The notes below the pieces were generated by a model, which worked only from the letters and a program-made list of their open reading frames with translations, was not told the DNA's origin and made no database searches. A DNA stretch of 40,194 nt from an uncultured Candidatus Saccharibacteria bacterium. Lineage in GTDB: Bacteria > Patescibacteriota > Dojkabacteria > SC72. The stretch is taken from contig CAZOFW010000002.1 in assembly GCA_964579365.1 (NCBI GenBank), positions 1 to 40,194 of the forward strand. Direction: 5' to 3'. Shown here one piece after another: positions 14,175 through 23,938 of this stretch (the stretch's first letter is position 1; each line of letters starts with the position of its first letter). The position numbers were made by a program, and so were the translations under genes.

Positions 14175-15194
14175 CTATCTTCTAAACTCTCGATTGAAAG
14201 AAAACTTTCTGTCACCTGTTTCAAGAAGTTCAAGAGCAATACCCGTACCTTTTGCTACACAAAATGCAGGGTCATCTGCTACATGGGATGGAACACCCGT
14301 TGCTTTGGTAAAAAGTCTGTCTAAATTTCTCAACATTGCCGTACCACCACTCATTACCATACCTCTGTCTATGATATCTGCAGACAATTCAGGAGGAGTT
14401 TTTTCAAGCACAGATTGAATACTCTTAATTATACTTCTAAGAGGTCGCTCTACTGCTTTGGCTACATCATTTGAATCTATAACTATGGATTTTGGCATAC
14501 CACCACCTACATCTCTACCTCTAACCTCCATCTCTTTTGGATCTTTTACTTCTAAGGCAGAGCCAATCTTTATCTTTACCTTTTCAGCGGTCTGTTCTCC
14601 AATTAAAAGTCCCTTTTTCTTTCTCATATACATTATGATTGCCTCATTTATGGCGTCACCAGCAACTCTCAAAGAATCATACTCAACTATGCCATCCAAA
14701 GAGATAACTGCTACTTCAGTAGTCCCACCACCCATGTTAATTATCATATTCCCGGAGGATGTATGTATTGGAAGTTCTGCACCTAGTGCTGCAAGAAGTG
14801 GCTCTGGCATAAGAGTAATATTCTTCGCCCCTACTGCATTCGCTGCTTTAAGTACTGCTCTTTCTTCCACAGAGGTAATTCCTGCAGGTACACTTATCAC
14901 AACATCTGGTTTAAAAAATCTTGATTTACCAAGTGCTTTGTCAAAGAAAAATCTCAGTAAGGCCTCAGTTACTCTAGAATCTGCTATTACTCCATTTCTC
15001 AAAGGTCTTTTTGCAACTATATTCTCCGGAGTCTTTCCAATCATCTCCTTAGCTTCGTTACCCACTGCTACTACAGTAAATTTGTTTACATCTATAGCTA
15101 CAACAGTTGGTTCTACAAAAACTATACCCTCCCCTTGAACAAAAACCACAGAGTTTGCTGTACCTAAATCAATACCTAATTTCTTTGCAAACAT
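14175..15194 (-). CDS. mreB: rod-shape-determining actin homologue MreB
   Basis: 339 aa with LGIDLGTANSVVFV, VISVPAGITSVEERAV, MIINMGGGTTEVAVISL and GMVMSGGTAMLRNLD. Confidence 0.95.
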   Translation of the reverse strand: MFAKKLGIDLGTANSVVFVQGEGIVFVEPTVVAIDVNKFTVVAVGNEAKEMIGKTPENIVAKRPLRNGVIADSRVTEALLRFFFDKALGKSRFFKPDVVISVPAGITSVEERAVLKAANAVGAKNITLMPEPLLAALGAELPIHTSSGNMIINMGGGTTEVAVISLDGIVEYDSLRVAGDAINEAIIMYMRKKKGLLIGEQTAEKVKIKIGSALEVKDPKEMEVRGRDVGGGMPKSIVIDSNDVAKAVERPLRSIIKSIQSVLEKTPPELSADIIDRGMVMSGGTAMLRNLDRLFTKATGVPSHVADDPAFCVAKGTGIALELLETGDRKFSFNREFRR

Positions 15195-15213
15195 AATAAT
15201 ATAAATGTAATAA

Positions 15214-16194
15214 TTAGAAACCCATAGCTGCCAGGACCTTTTCTTCCGTTTCAGAAGCTACTTTTCGAGCTCTTTCCTCTCCCTTCTCCAAAATCTTAAT
15301 CAAATAGTCATCTCCTAAACTTTCTACCTCTGCTCTTTTGTCCCTAATGGGAATCAAGAATGCCTCAATAGCATCGAATAATTTTGTTTTAACTTCTACA
15401 TCTCCAACAGTACCTTTTTGATATCTTTCTTTGAGTATTCGAACCTCTTCTGTATTCGGATTGAAATAATCGTGATAAATAAAAACTGGATTTCCTTCAA
15501 CCTTTCCAGGATCATTCGGATGAATTCTCCCTGGATCTGTATACATCGACATAACTTTTTTTCTTACAGTCTCTGTATCATCTGTGAAGTAAATCCCACC
15601 TGTTGATTTTCCACTCTTACCTTGGCCATCTAGCCCAACAACAATATCGCCTATCAATCCTTTTGGGATATTGAAGACATCCCCATATATCGAGTTAAAC
15701 TTGAGAGCTAAGTCTTTGGCCATTTCGACATGTGCTTCGTTATCTTTACCAACTGGAACCAAGTCAGAATTCATTATCAAAATATCGGAAGCCATTAACA
15801 CTGGATATCCCATAAGACCATATGTCAATTTATACCCTAATGCCAACTTCTCTTTTAGCATTGGTTGCCTTTCTAATTCGGGCATCTTCGTCAACATAGA
15901 CAGTATTACATGTAATCTAAAAATCTGCGGTATTCTCGATTGTCTATAGAAAGTAACACTTTCTGGTTTCAACCCCAAACTCAAATAAGTCTTCAACAAA
16001 CCCAATGTATTTTCTTTTATCTGCGAGACATTCTCTGAATGTGTCGTTAATGCATGATAATCCGCAATAAAGATAAAACTCTCATATTCATCTTGCCTCT
16101 CTATTCTGTTTTTCAGAGTGCCTATATAAGCCGCGATTGGAAATGTTGCTCCCGTGGCCCTATCACCTGTTAAAATTCTTTTCTTTTCATTCAT
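15214..16194 (-). CDS. trpS: tryptophan--tRNA ligase (divergent signature motifs)
   Basis: 326 aa with FIFIADYHALTT, YPVLMASDILIMNSDLVPVGKDNEAHVEMAKDLALKFN, and a C-terminal helical domain ending ...KVLAAMGF. The HIGH position reads PIAA (Bacillus stearothermophilus has TIGN) and KMSKS reads KSGKS. Confidence 0.85.
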   Translation of the reverse strand: MNEKKRILTGDRATGATFPIAAYIGTLKNRIERQDEYESFIFIADYHALTTHSENVSQIKENTLGLLKTYLSLGLKPESVTFYRQSRIPQIFRLHVILSMLTKMPELERQPMLKEKLALGYKLTYGLMGYPVLMASDILIMNSDLVPVGKDNEAHVEMAKDLALKFNSIYGDVFNIPKGLIGDIVVGLDGQGKSGKSTGGIYFTDDTETVRKKVMSMYTDPGRIHPNDPGKVEGNPVFIYHDYFNPNTEEVRILKERYQKGTVGDVEVKTKLFDAIEAFLIPIRDKRAEVESLGDDYLIKILEKGEERARKVASETEEKVLAAMGF

Positions 16195-16242
16195 AGCTTA
16201 CATTCTAACAAAATTATCTTGTATTATGCTATACTTTTCGAG

Positions 16243-17769
16243 ATGTCAGAAGAACATAAAAACTTAAAAGACAAATTAATTCCTGTTCTACTTTCCATAC
16301 TCTCCTCAATCATTATATTACTAGGAGCAGCAATAATCTATCTATATTCTAGTGGATACAGAATAGATATATTTAAGAGAGAAATAAGTCTAACTGGAGT
16401 CATAACTGTACAGAGCGAACCAGCTGCAGCAGATATGTATATAGGCGAGGATAATGTCGGAAGAACGCCAAGAAGTCACGTCCTAAGGGTTGGAGAATAT
16501 GATATTTTATTAAAAAAGGATGCTTACAGAAACTGGAGTAAGAAGGTAACCGTTGTAGAAGGAAAATCTACCCCAATATCTCCTTTTTTAATTTACGATA
16601 CAATAGCAAGTAAGGAAAAATGGAAATCTGAAGGATTAATCGAGAAGATTTGGATCAATGAAACAAGGAACAACATCCTTTTCTTACAAAAAGATTCCAA
16701 CTCCTCCTACTCACTATGGGAGTACACTATCAATATGCCTATCTGGGATTTTTCCACAAACCCTTTAAAAATACTCTCTCTCGAATCAAATAAGATTGCC
16801 ATTAGTATTTCGCCAAATGGACAGAGAGCAATCCTAACTAGTACCGATACGGAAACTACCTCCTTCTACCTTCTTAACACTCAACAACTAAACACTCTTG
16901 GTAGTTCAAACCAATTGCCTTTTGGAAATTATTCTAAATATGCAATGTCTTGGAGTAAAAATAATCGATATATTATGTTCGATTCTTCGAAAGAACTTCT
17001 CTCATACGACATTGAGAAACGAACATTCACAACCCTTCTTAAAAAAGATGTCTCTACAAAATATGTCTGGGATACAGATACTGAAGGTTCTCTATATATA
17101 ATCACAGAGATTGTAAATGACGAACTAGAAAATATCTACACCTACTCCCTTGTACAGAAATCTCTTGCTGGAAACAATACAAAAACCATAATTGAAAAAA
17201 TATACTTACAGGAATCAGAAGAGTATATCAAAAAGTACAGAGAAACCATTACTGATTGGCAAGAATTCTCGAATTCTCCAGAAAGCACACAAAGTACTGG
17301 AGAGATAAAAGATTTGGATGTTAATGTAAATGCTAAGGGTATGTATATATCTACCTCTTTAGCATCTTACTGGTATTTCATAGATACCTCCAAATTTTTG
17401 ATGATCTCACCATATCCAACAGAGCTGCTTTACTACTCTCTCGACTCTTTCCAATTAGGATTTAAGGATCTTAATGGTTACCAGATATTTACATTCGACA
17501 AAGAAGATGAAGATCATACTGTAAAGATTGGTTCAAAGAGCATAAACAGTGTAAAAAGCAATTTCTTCTGGCTATCAGATTCTGCTTATATATATTTCAA
17601 AGAGGATAATAGCATTTATATAGCCGACAAAGATGGTGATAACAAATATCCATTAGCTGAATCAGCAAATATCCTAGATTATGTAATAAACAGTGCCAGA
17701 GAGATACTCTACACCTTCGAGAAAGATAGTAATGGGAAATTAACCATTGTAGAGAACAAGTTCCACTAA
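16243..17769 (+). CDS. membrane-anchored PEGA-domain protein with a large C-terminal beta-rich (TolB-like?) region
   Basis: 508 aa from the ATG at 16243; the track start at 16219 is a TTG. It has a TM helix (LIPVLLSILSSIIILLGAAIIYLY) and a PEGA-like module (VQSEPAAADMYIGEDNVGRTPRSHVLRVGEYDILLKKDAYRNWSKKVTVVEGKSTPI). Confidence 0.7.
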   Translation: MSEEHKNLKDKLIPVLLSILSSIIILLGAAIIYLYSSGYRIDIFKREISLTGVITVQSEPAAADMYIGEDNVGRTPRSHVLRVGEYDILLKKDAYRNWSKKVTVVEGKSTPISPFLIYDTIASKEKWKSEGLIEKIWINETRNNILFLQKDSNSSYSLWEYTINMPIWDFSTNPLKILSLESNKIAISISPNGQRAILTSTDTETTSFYLLNTQQLNTLGSSNQLPFGNYSKYAMSWSKNNRYIMFDSSKELLSYDIEKRTFTTLLKKDVSTKYVWDTDTEGSLYIITEIVNDELENIYTYSLVQKSLAGNNTKTIIEKIYLQESEEYIKKYRETITDWQEFSNSPESTQSTGEIKDLDVNVNAKGMYISTSLASYWYFIDTSKFLMISPYPTELLYYSLDSFQLGFKDLNGYQIFTFDKEDEDHTVKIGSKSINSVKSNFFWLSDSAYIYFKEDNSIYIADKDGDNKYPLAESANILDYVINSAREILYTFEKDSNGKLTIVENKFH

Positions 17770-17773
17770 GATA

Positions 17774-17847
17774 CGCATCCGGCCGGAATCGAACCGACAA
17801 CCTACGCGTTAGGAGTGCGTTGCTCTGTCCTTTTGAGCTACGGATGC
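17774..17847 (-). tRNA. tRNA-Arg (anticodon CCT)
   Basis: Reverse complement: GCATCCG-TA-GCTC-AAAAGGACA-GAGC-A-ACGCA-CTCCTAA-CGCGT-AGGTT-GTCGG-TTCGATT-CCGGC-CGGATGC-G. There is an A31-C39 mismatch at the base of the anticodon stem. CCA is not encoded. Confidence 0.85.
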
Positions 17848-17934
17848 ATGTATAAATATACCACATTTCCCAAAGTAATTTAATTGGCTATAGGATAATA
17901 GATATTGTCATTTAATGATATAATTAAGGTTGCT

Positions 17935-20787
17935 ATGGAACAAGATTATATAAAAATTAAAGGAGCGAGGGAGAACAACCTCAAGAATATATCAGTAGAT
18001 ATACCCAAAAACAAGCTTGTGGTATTTACTGGTGTCTCTGGAAGTGGTAAGTCTACCCTTGCTTTTGACACTCTCTACGCTGAGGGCCAACGAAGATATG
18101 TAGAATCACTATCTTCTTACGCTAGACAGTTCTTAGGAGTTATGAAGAAGCCAGACGTAGATTCAATAACAGGACTCTCCCCTGCTATCTCCATAGACCA
18201 GAAAACTACAGGAACAAATCCAAGATCTACGGTTGGAACCATAACTGAGATATACAATCACCTACGACTACTCTATGGGCATATAGGACAACCTCACTGT
18301 CCAAAGTGTGGTACACCCGTTCAGTCTCAAACCATTCAACAAATAACAAATAAAGTGATCAAGGAGATGTCTAAGACCTCCGATGTTACACAGGTTGTTT
18401 CACCCATCATAAAGAATAGAAAAGGTGAATTTAGTGCTCTTTTTAACAAACTCCTCACAAAAGGATTCTTAAGGGTCATTATTGATGGAAATACATACCT
18501 TCTTGACGATATAGAGAACATAAAATTGGATGAAAACAAAAAACATACCATAGATTTGGTCATAGACAGGATAGATTCCACAAATTTAGACAAAAAAAGG
18601 CTCACAGATGCCATAGAGTTGGCAATTACACAATCAGATGGCGAGATAAAAGTCTTAATTAAAGATAAAGAGCTATTCTTTTCAGAAAATAACACCTGTC
18701 CGAATTGTGAGATATCATATCCAAAGATAACCCCTGCTTCCTTCTCCTTCAATGCACCAGAAGGAGCATGCCCAAAGTGTATGGGACTCGGTGTATTGAA
18801 AGAAATTGACCCCAAGCTGATATACAATCCCGCCCTAACAATACTAGAGGGTGGTATCTTCCCCTGGGGAAACAGGACCAGCAAGGATTCTTGGACATTA
18901 AGAATACTCAAAGCTGTCGCTGTACAACACAACTTTAATCTCACAACACCCATAGGTAAATATCCAAAGGAAATCTTCGACTTAATTTTCTATGGGAATG
19001 GGGCAAAAGAGGCATATACCATAGAATACACAAACAGATTTGGAAGAACACGACTCTATGAAGCAGAATACGAGGGTGTAATACCTGAATTAGAAAGAAG
19101 ATACAAGGAAACCTCCTCTGACTATGCTCGTTTCGAGACTGAGAAGTACATGAGAGAGAATATCTGCCCTGTTTGCGGGGGAAAGAGACTTAAGCCATAC
19201 TCCTTGGCAGTCACAATCGACAATAAAAACATAGATGAAATAACTAAAATCCCTACCAAAGATGTTCTTACATTCTTCAAAAACCTTGAATTAAAAGGTA
19301 ATCAGAAAGATATAGCAGAACCTATCATTAAAGAAATAAACCAGAGATTAAATTTCTTAGAGAATGTTGGTTTAAACTATCTTTCCCTCTCTAGAAAAGC
19401 AAACACACTATCAGGTGGAGAATCACAGAGAATAAGATTAGCCTCTCAAATTGGCACAGGCCTATCAGGAGTACTCTACGTATTAGATGAACCCTCTATT
19501 GGTTTACATCAAAGGGATATCTCCAAGCTCATAACTTCACTTAAAGATCTTCGAGATGGAGGTAACAGTATCATTGTAGTAGAACATGACGAAGAGATGA
19601 CAAAGAATGCAGATTGGATTTTAGACATTGGCCCTCTTGCCGGCAAGCACGGTGGCAAGGTGGTTGCCAAGGGCACTTTAGACGATATTAAGCATAGCAA
19701 CTCGTTAACTGCGAAGTATCTTAACAAAGCCCTCTCTGTAGGGAAAGACATAGGCGCTTCCGGACTTACCCATACAGACAAAGAAATAATTGTTAAGGGA
19801 ATAAAAACTCATAATCTAAAAGACGTAGATCTAACAATCCCACTAAACCAACTAATTTGCATAACTGGGGTTTCTGGCAGTGGCAAGTCCTCTCTGATAG
19901 CGGACACCCTTTATCCAGTACTAGCAAACAGAATTTCAAGGTCTAAGCTTCAAGAGGGATTATACGACTCAATTGAGGGCTTAGAACATATTAATCAAGT
20001 GATTAATATCGACCAATCCCCCATTGGTAGGACTCCAAGATCAAACCCCGCAACTTACACAGGAGTATTCACCCAAATCAGAGAACTTTTCTCCCAAACC
20101 AACGAGGCAAAGGCTCGAGGATACAAAGCTGGGAGGTTTAGTTTCAATGCGAAAGGAGGAAGGTGTGAGAAATGCCGTGGTGACGGCGTTTTAAAGATAG
20201 AGATGCAATTTCTCCCAGATATGTACATAACTTGTGACGAATGTAACGGTAGTAGATACAATGACGAAGCACTTCAGATAGATTTTAAGGGTAAAAATAT
20301 TTCAGATGTCTTGAATATGACAGTTGAGGATGCTCTGGAATTTTTCAAAAATATTCCTTCAATATACAGGAAGCTCTCCGTACTTAACGAGGTCGGTCTC
20401 GGATATATTGAACTTGGACAATCGGCGCTTACTCTTTCGGGTGGAGAATCGCAGAGGGTAAAGCTTTCCAAGGAGCTTTCTAAGATGTCTCGAGGTCATA
20501 CTTTGTACATCCTTGACGAACCTACTACAGGGTTACATTACTACGATGTAGACAAACTCCTCGTAATTCTTCGTAATTTAGTAAAGAAGGGTCATACAGT
20601 AATCACTGTTGAGCATAATATGGATATCATCCGACACTCAGACTGGATAATCGATCTTGGACCAGATGGTGGAGACCTCGGAGGAGAGATAATTGCCCAG
20701 GGACAGGTAGAAGATATCATAAAAAACAAGAGGAGTTGGACTGGAAAATATCTAAAAAATACATTAGTGAAACTTAGAGACCCCTAG
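17935..20787 (+). CDS. uvrA: excinuclease ABC subunit A
   Basis: 950 aa from the ATG at 17935; the track start at 17905 is a TTG. It has two Walker A sites ([18 protein letters not shown]), two ABC signatures (LSGGESQR twice) and CxxC zinc-finger pairs. Confidence 0.96.
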   Translation: MEQDYIKIKGARENNLKNISVDIPKNKLVVFTGVSGSGKSTLAFDTLYAEGQRRYVESLSSYARQFLGVMKKPDVDSITGLSPAISIDQKTTGTNPRSTVGTITEIYNHLRLLYGHIGQPHCPKCGTPVQSQTIQQITNKVIKEMSKTSDVTQVVSPIIKNRKGEFSALFNKLLTKGFLRVIIDGNTYLLDDIENIKLDENKKHTIDLVIDRIDSTNLDKKRLTDAIELAITQSDGEIKVLIKDKELFFSENNTCPNCEISYPKITPASFSFNAPEGACPKCMGLGVLKEIDPKLIYNPALTILEGGIFPWGNRTSKDSWTLRILKAVAVQHNFNLTTPIGKYPKEIFDLIFYGNGAKEAYTIEYTNRFGRTRLYEAEYEGVIPELERRYKETSSDYARFETEKYMRENICPVCGGKRLKPYSLAVTIDNKNIDEITKIPTKDVLTFFKNLELKGNQKDIAEPIIKEINQRLNFLENVGLNYLSLSRKANTLSGGESQRIRLASQIGTGLSGVLYVLDEPSIGLHQRDISKLITSLKDLRDGGNSIIVVEHDEEMTKNADWILDIGPLAGKHGGKVVAKGTLDDIKHSNSLTAKYLNKALSVGKDIGASGLTHTDKEIIVKGIKTHNLKDVDLTIPLNQLICITGVSGSGKSSLIADTLYPVLANRISRSKLQEGLYDSIEGLEHINQVINIDQSPIGRTPRSNPATYTGVFTQIRELFSQTNEAKARGYKAGRFSFNAKGGRCEKCRGDGVLKIEMQFLPDMYITCDECNGSRYNDEALQIDFKGKNISDVLNMTVEDALEFFKNIPSIYRKLSVLNEVGLGYIELGQSALTLSGGESQRVKLSKELSKMSRGHTLYILDEPTTGLHYYDVDKLLVILRNLVKKGHTVITVEHNMDIIRHSDWIIDLGPDGGDLGGEIIAQGQVEDIIKNKRSWTGKYLKNTLVKLRDP

Positions 20788-20843
20788 GAGATATCACTAC
20801 GGCTTGGCAGTCAATTTGACATGGGTGTAAAAAATAACCCCAT

Positions 20844-20908
20844 TTACGTTTTTGCTTTTCCTAGAGAGTTCTTTGTGTCCAAAAGATGGTTTAAAACCAA
20901 AAACGTAA
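20844..20908. terminator. 11-bp inverted repeat between convergent uvrA and proS (possible bidirectional terminator)
   Basis: TTACGTTTTTG (20844-20854) pairs with CAAAAACGTAA (20898-20908). The loop is long (43 nt), so the hairpin is weak. Confidence 0.3.
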
Positions 20909-20977
20909 TTTCACACAAGTTCAGATAGTTTTAACAGAATTCATATTGAGGGTTTTTGAAATTTCCGTGTGTTCCAC

Positions 20978-22450
20978 TTAGTACGATACTGAAAACACCC
21001 ATTCTTCCGAGGTATCTTTTCCACAGATAATACACTTACCAGAGGAGTCAGCACCCTCTTGTGTCAGACACCTGGTGGTTGCTTTGGTTTCACTCTTTAT
21101 TTGTTCTTCACACTCACTGTTCCCACACCAGTGTGCGAGTATGAATCCTTTGTCAGTGCTTAAAACATCCTTGAACTCATCATATGACCCTACTCTATGG
21201 GTCTTAGATACCAATAATTCTTCCGATTTCTTAAGTAGAGACTCTTGGATCTCTTTAAGCATCTTCTCAACAACATCCTCTATCTTCTCTATGCCTACGT
21301 TTTCTTTCTCTCCAGTATCTCTCCTTACAAGAACTGCTTGATTGCTTTGCATGTCTCTTGGCCCTACTTCGATTCTCACAGGTACCCCTTTCTTTTCCCA
21401 CTCATTGAATTTGAAACCTGCAGAGACATATTCTCTATCGTCGATTTCAACACCCTCAATATCCTCCAAAGATTCTTTTATCTCTTCGCAATACTGCAAC
21501 ACCTTTTCCTTGTCATTTTCATTGAAAATTGGGATTATTACAGCCTTAACAGGAGCGATTGTTGGAGGTAGAACCAATCCATTGTCATCGCTATGTGTCA
21601 TAACAATAGCGCCCATCATTCTTGTACTTACACCCCAGCTATTCTGGTATGGATATTTCTTCTGGCCATCCTTATCTGTAAACATAATTTCAAATGCTTT
21701 AGCAAAGTTTTGGCCTAAGTCATGGGAAGTACCAAACTGAAGAGCTTTTCCATCTTGCATCATTGCCTCTATACCGTATGTATCCACTGCTCCTGCAAAC
21801 TTCTCTGATTCCGACTTCTTGCCGGAGAGTGTTTCCATAGCTAGATACTCTCTTGCAAAGTCATGATACATCTTAAGCATCTCCGCAACTTCCTTCTTAG
21901 ACTCCTCATCTGTTGGATATACTGTATGACCCTCTTGCCAAAGAAATTCTGCTGTTCTTAAAAATGGTCTGGTTCTTCTCTCCCACCTTACAATATTTGC
22001 CCATTGATTGATCTTCAATGGTAAATCTCTCCAAGAAGATACCCATCTTGAGAAAGTATCGTAGATTATGGTCTCAGAGGTAGGCCTTACTATTAATTCC
22101 TCCTCTAACTTAGAACCCTCATCTACTACAACTCCTTTACCATCTTCAGATTCTTTTAATCTGTAATGGGTGACAATGGCACATTCTTTTGCAAATCCCT
22201 TTACATGGCTTGCTTCTTTAGAGAAGAAAGATTTAGGTATGAATATTGGGAAATATGCATTCTTATGACCACTCTCTTTAATCCTCTTATCCAGCTCCTT
22301 TTGTATCAACTCCCATATAGCATAACCGTAAGGTTTAATGACCATACAGCCTCTTACAGAGGAGTTCTCTGCTAACTCTGCTCTCTCGATGATATCCAAA
22401 TACCACTGAGAATAGTCTTGATCTCTTCGTGTTATACCTTTGTTTGCCAT
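20978..22450 (-). CDS. proS: proline--tRNA ligase, archaeal/eukaryote-like type
   Basis: 490 aa with class II motifs (FLRTAEFLWQEGHT, GTSHDLGQNFAKAF). There is no bacterial-type editing insertion. The C-terminal Cys-rich domain (HWCGNSECEE...GKCIICGK) ends in a terminal Tyr (...SVSY), as in archaeal-type ProRS. Confidence 0.92.
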   Translation of the reverse strand: MANKGITRRDQDYSQWYLDIIERAELAENSSVRGCMVIKPYGYAIWELIQKELDKRIKESGHKNAYFPIFIPKSFFSKEASHVKGFAKECAIVTHYRLKESEDGKGVVVDEGSKLEEELIVRPTSETIIYDTFSRWVSSWRDLPLKINQWANIVRWERRTRPFLRTAEFLWQEGHTVYPTDEESKKEVAEMLKMYHDFAREYLAMETLSGKKSESEKFAGAVDTYGIEAMMQDGKALQFGTSHDLGQNFAKAFEIMFTDKDGQKKYPYQNSWGVSTRMMGAIVMTHSDDNGLVLPPTIAPVKAVIIPIFNENDKEKVLQYCEEIKESLEDIEGVEIDDREYVSAGFKFNEWEKKGVPVRIEVGPRDMQSNQAVLVRRDTGEKENVGIEKIEDVVEKMLKEIQESLLKKSEELLVSKTHRVGSYDEFKDVLSTDKGFILAHWCGNSECEEQIKSETKATTRCLTQEGADSSGKCIICGKDTSEEWVFSVSY

Positions 22451-22481
22451 ATGCCTATTCTACTATATTTTCTAAACAAAA

Positions 22482-23855
22482 TTAAACAATCTTTCCTTCA
22501 AACCCCCAATGCTGTCCTGCTTTGGCAAGTGCAGAATCTGGATTTTGAACAATCCAGTCATGAATATTTCCTCTACCAAGAGCAATATCCTTCGCTTGTA
22601 CTACAGCCTCGACACCAGCCTCAATGCCCCATGGATGACCTAGAACCCCTCCACCACACTGTATTATGATATCTTCTCCAAGCTGCTTAATAGATTCTCC
22701 AATTGTACCTGGATGAAGACCACCAGAAGCAACATGCCATACTGGCTTCATTCCGAACCAATTCTGGCCCAGTGTCATAGAACTCTCTGGCGTAACATCT
22801 AATTGCAGAGCATCTCTTATCAATTTTGGCTCCCCGTAGTTCTCCATCTTCGTCTTAGGAGCACCACCATGTATGGAATCTACTCCAAGAAGACGCATTA
22901 ACTTAGCAATTACTACCATAGACATAGAGAAATCTGCGATAAAGCCCTTGTCATAGACACCTCTTCCAGAATCCCTGTCAAACAGACCGTGCATAGCTCT
23001 ATGTGCATGTATTGCCAGCCCTGGATTCTTTAATCTCATTGTATGTACCGCTGTAAATCCAGTAACTACAACATCCAACATCATCCATCTTCCACCTTGT
23101 GCCTTTATACGATCAGTTCTCTCAATCATAGTATCAAAGTTAGAATGAGTAACATTGCAGAGATAGAATTTCTTTTTTCCAGACTTCTTTTCAATATCTC
23201 TCTGCACTTCCAAAACCCTGTCACATCTCTCTTCGAATTTGTTAAAAAACAAACTTGTTAAATTCTCATCGTCCTTAATACCATGATAATCACCATTTGC
23301 AGCAGTAAACAGAATCTTCGCCAATTCTGCCTGTTCCTTTGCTGTTCTTCCTACTTTTGGCTTAGGTACGGTACAAAGAAGAGGTCCCTCCTCTAATTGC
23401 ATCTGCTCTCTTACTCCACTAATACCAAACTGTGGACCAGGAAATGATTGAACAATCGCCTTTGGAAATCTAATATCCAAGCATCTGAAAGCTTTAAGCA
23501 TCTTCATCCCATCTATATTTCCCACCACACCAGCTAGTAGTCCAGACATATTTCCAAGCTCAAAAAGCTCTTTCTTGTAGGCAATCTTGAACGTTTTTGT
23601 CTTCGGTTCAAGATCAAAAGCTACTGCCTTCATCTTGTCTGCCATCTTTACACCAGAATTTTTGCCAGAGTAAACACCTGTCCATGTACCGGTAGAACTT
23701 TCAGCAGCACATGCTGCCGCCACGTCCTCAAATTTATCCATCTCAACACCATCTGCAAGTTCGATATCTAAGTATGAGATAATGTAGTCCTCATCAGGAT
23801 TCTTTGGTTTCCAACCCTTAGGTGCTACATATGATGAATGATCTGAGCTAAACAT
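22482..23855 (-). CDS. RuBisCO large-subunit homologue (form III or II/III-like)
   Basis: 457 aa with AAESSTGTWT, KPKVGRTA (KPKLG site), GIKDDENLTS (carbamylated-Lys motif), HAHRAMHG, ASGGLHPG and QCGGGVLGHPWG. No small-subunit gene is adjacent. proS starts 31 nt downstream. Confidence 0.9.
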   Translation of the reverse strand: MFSSDHSSYVAPKGWKPKNPDEDYIISYLDIELADGVEMDKFEDVAAACAAESSTGTWTGVYSGKNSGVKMADKMKAVAFDLEPKTKTFKIAYKKELFELGNMSGLLAGVVGNIDGMKMLKAFRCLDIRFPKAIVQSFPGPQFGISGVREQMQLEEGPLLCTVPKPKVGRTAKEQAELAKILFTAANGDYHGIKDDENLTSLFFNKFEERCDRVLEVQRDIEKKSGKKKFYLCNVTHSNFDTMIERTDRIKAQGGRWMMLDVVVTGFTAVHTMRLKNPGLAIHAHRAMHGLFDRDSGRGVYDKGFIADFSMSMVVIAKLMRLLGVDSIHGGAPKTKMENYGEPKLIRDALQLDVTPESSMTLGQNWFGMKPVWHVASGGLHPGTIGESIKQLGEDIIIQCGGGVLGHPWGIEAGVEAVVQAKDIALGRGNIHDWIVQNPDSALAKAGQHWGFEGKIV

Positions 23856-23904
23856 TGGCAGTAATGTTAAGGTTATATATCTACATATTAAAGCAAAGCT
23901 CTCC

Positions 23905-23933
23905 TTTTGTAAAATACCTATCTAGGATATAAT
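23905..23933 (+). promoter_or_regulatory. weak promoter candidate for rlmN (-10 TATAAT at 23928-23933)
   Basis: A perfect TATAAT ends 5 nt before the rlmN ATG at 23939. The -35 region is poor (TTTTGT/TTTGTA). Confidence 0.3.
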
Positions 23934-23938
23934 GCGGT

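Noticed and set aside
6600-14200. The ATP-grasp island as a mobile element or genomic island.
   Set aside because: I could find no integrase, transposase, flanking direct repeats or tRNA-adjacent att-like duplication. Composition does not look different from the flanks by eye, although I could not compute it.
14458-15138. 226-aa plus-strand ORF.
   Set aside because: It lies entirely antisense to mreB, which has unambiguous actin-fold motifs. It is low-complexity Ser/Pro/Thr-rich shadow sequence.
17597-17866. 89-aa minus-strand ORF.
   Set aside because: It overlaps the 3' end of the PEGA-domain gene and the whole tRNA-Arg(CCT).
18336-18953. 205-aa minus-strand ORF inside uvrA. Similar shadow ORFs occur at 2594-2953, 3623-4093, 11017-11478, 21342-21740, 24010-24525 and 27669-28061.
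   Set aside because: All are antisense or off-frame within genes that have strong family signatures. They are typical long shadow ORFs.
20821-20931. 36-codon ORF (MGVKNNPIYVFAFPREFFVSKRWFKTKNVISHKFR) in the uvrA/proS spacer.
   Set aside because: It has no RBS-like context, spans the inverted repeat, and sits between two convergent gene ends. It is more likely terminator sequence.
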